Assembly (NCBI RefSeq): GCF_018350175.1
Contig: NC_058368.1
Span: forward strand, 199,518,001-199,582,000
Origin: Felis catus
Lineage: Eukaryota
DNA length: 64,000 nt
Reading direction: 5' to 3'
Each line of letters starts with the position of its first letter. The stretch's first letter is position 1. Made by a program: the position numbers and the translations under genes. Shown one piece after another: positions 63,015 to 64,000 of this stretch. The notes under the pieces are model-generated. The model saw nothing but the letters and a program-made list of their open reading frames with translations. It searched no databases and was not told where the DNA came from.

Positions 63015-64000
63015 AAGTGTAAAGCAATTTCCAAGAATCTTGGTTGTTACCAATTCTGAACATAATCAGTTATAACCAAAGGATTTCTCAGTAGGGAAAG
63101 GTTTGAGCCAAGAGATATCCAAGAGCCAAGAGATATCCCAAAGATATGTATACACACATTCATAGATGCATATGTGTGGGTGCATAAATTACAGATATTT
63201 TATGTTTCATTGGGTAAGTAAGTCAAATTATTACTCCCCAAAATGGTTTGGGACTCTTTACCTTTTAGTAGCCAGGAAAAGTAAAGTTCAAGTTCTAAGT
63301 GGTGGGCATGCCTGTTTCAGCGACATGTGGGCACATGTATCTTCTTCTTGGAAAGGAATGTAGGCTGTATGCCTGCATGGGAGTGCCTGGGATGAATGCA
63401 TGACTCAATCGCATGTCTTGGAAAAGAACCAGTAGGCTCATAGCCTGCTGACTAGAGCACAGGTGAAGTAGTTTTGATTTACAAATGTACTTAGAGAAGA
63501 TTTTATATTAGGCAATAATTAAGACTTTCAAACTGTGCCTGGGTCTAATTCTTTGAACTTGGATGTAAGTGGACTTTTGCAGTTAGAGATATTACATTAA
63601 TATAATAATTCTTGAATAGCTGAAATGAAAAGGAGAGATAAGATCACCTGCCCTGTAGACAGAGATGCATGTATACTTTTAAAGTTGTGACGAGAGAAGA
63701 TACCCAGTGACTTGCAAAACTTAACATCTCAGCAGGAACAAACATGATAGATCAGAAGATCTGAATCTGAAAACTGTCCAAAATAAAAAACCACTTTATT
63801 TGCATGCTGCAAGCTTTACTGAAGCCACATGTGTGGTTATTGAAATATTCGATAAATGTCAAAGTGGTTCTGGCCCAACATTTTAGTACATTTGGTTTAG
63901 TTTCATTAACTATATAATTTTGAAGTTGGCCTTGTCAGCAGTCTTTCATACGCCAAGAGTACCAAAAGAAAACTTAGACAATTGATTTTATCTGATAATA

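Overview
This is AT-rich, CpG-poor mammalian DNA from a cat-like carnivore. The evidence is multiple Felidae-type Can-SINEs and felid/carnivore LINE-1s. I found no host protein-coding exon, RNA gene or CpG island that I can support; the longer ORFs in the track are LINE-1 remnants or repeat artefacts. The window is intronic or intergenic and dominated by transposons: ancient L2/MIR/DNA-transposon/MaLR relics, 11 Can-SINEs of different ages, a ~15 kb nested LINE-1 pile-up (32.3-47.0 kb) and a decayed ERV-L-class provirus with two LTRs (56.8-63.0 kb). The most unusual structures are: (i) a ~355 bp inverted duplication of apparently unique DNA (52.9-55.2 kb), one arm split by a later L1; (ii) a full-length older L1 with two patches of foreign L1 sequence and a displaced 5'UTR segment; (iii) a 108 bp non-TE, TSD-flanked, A-tailed insert with splice-site-like ends in the 3' LTR. 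I see no good evidence for a novel biological system. Repeat subfamily names are from recalled consensus sequences and need RepeatMasker/Dfam confirmation; boundaries of old elements are approximate.
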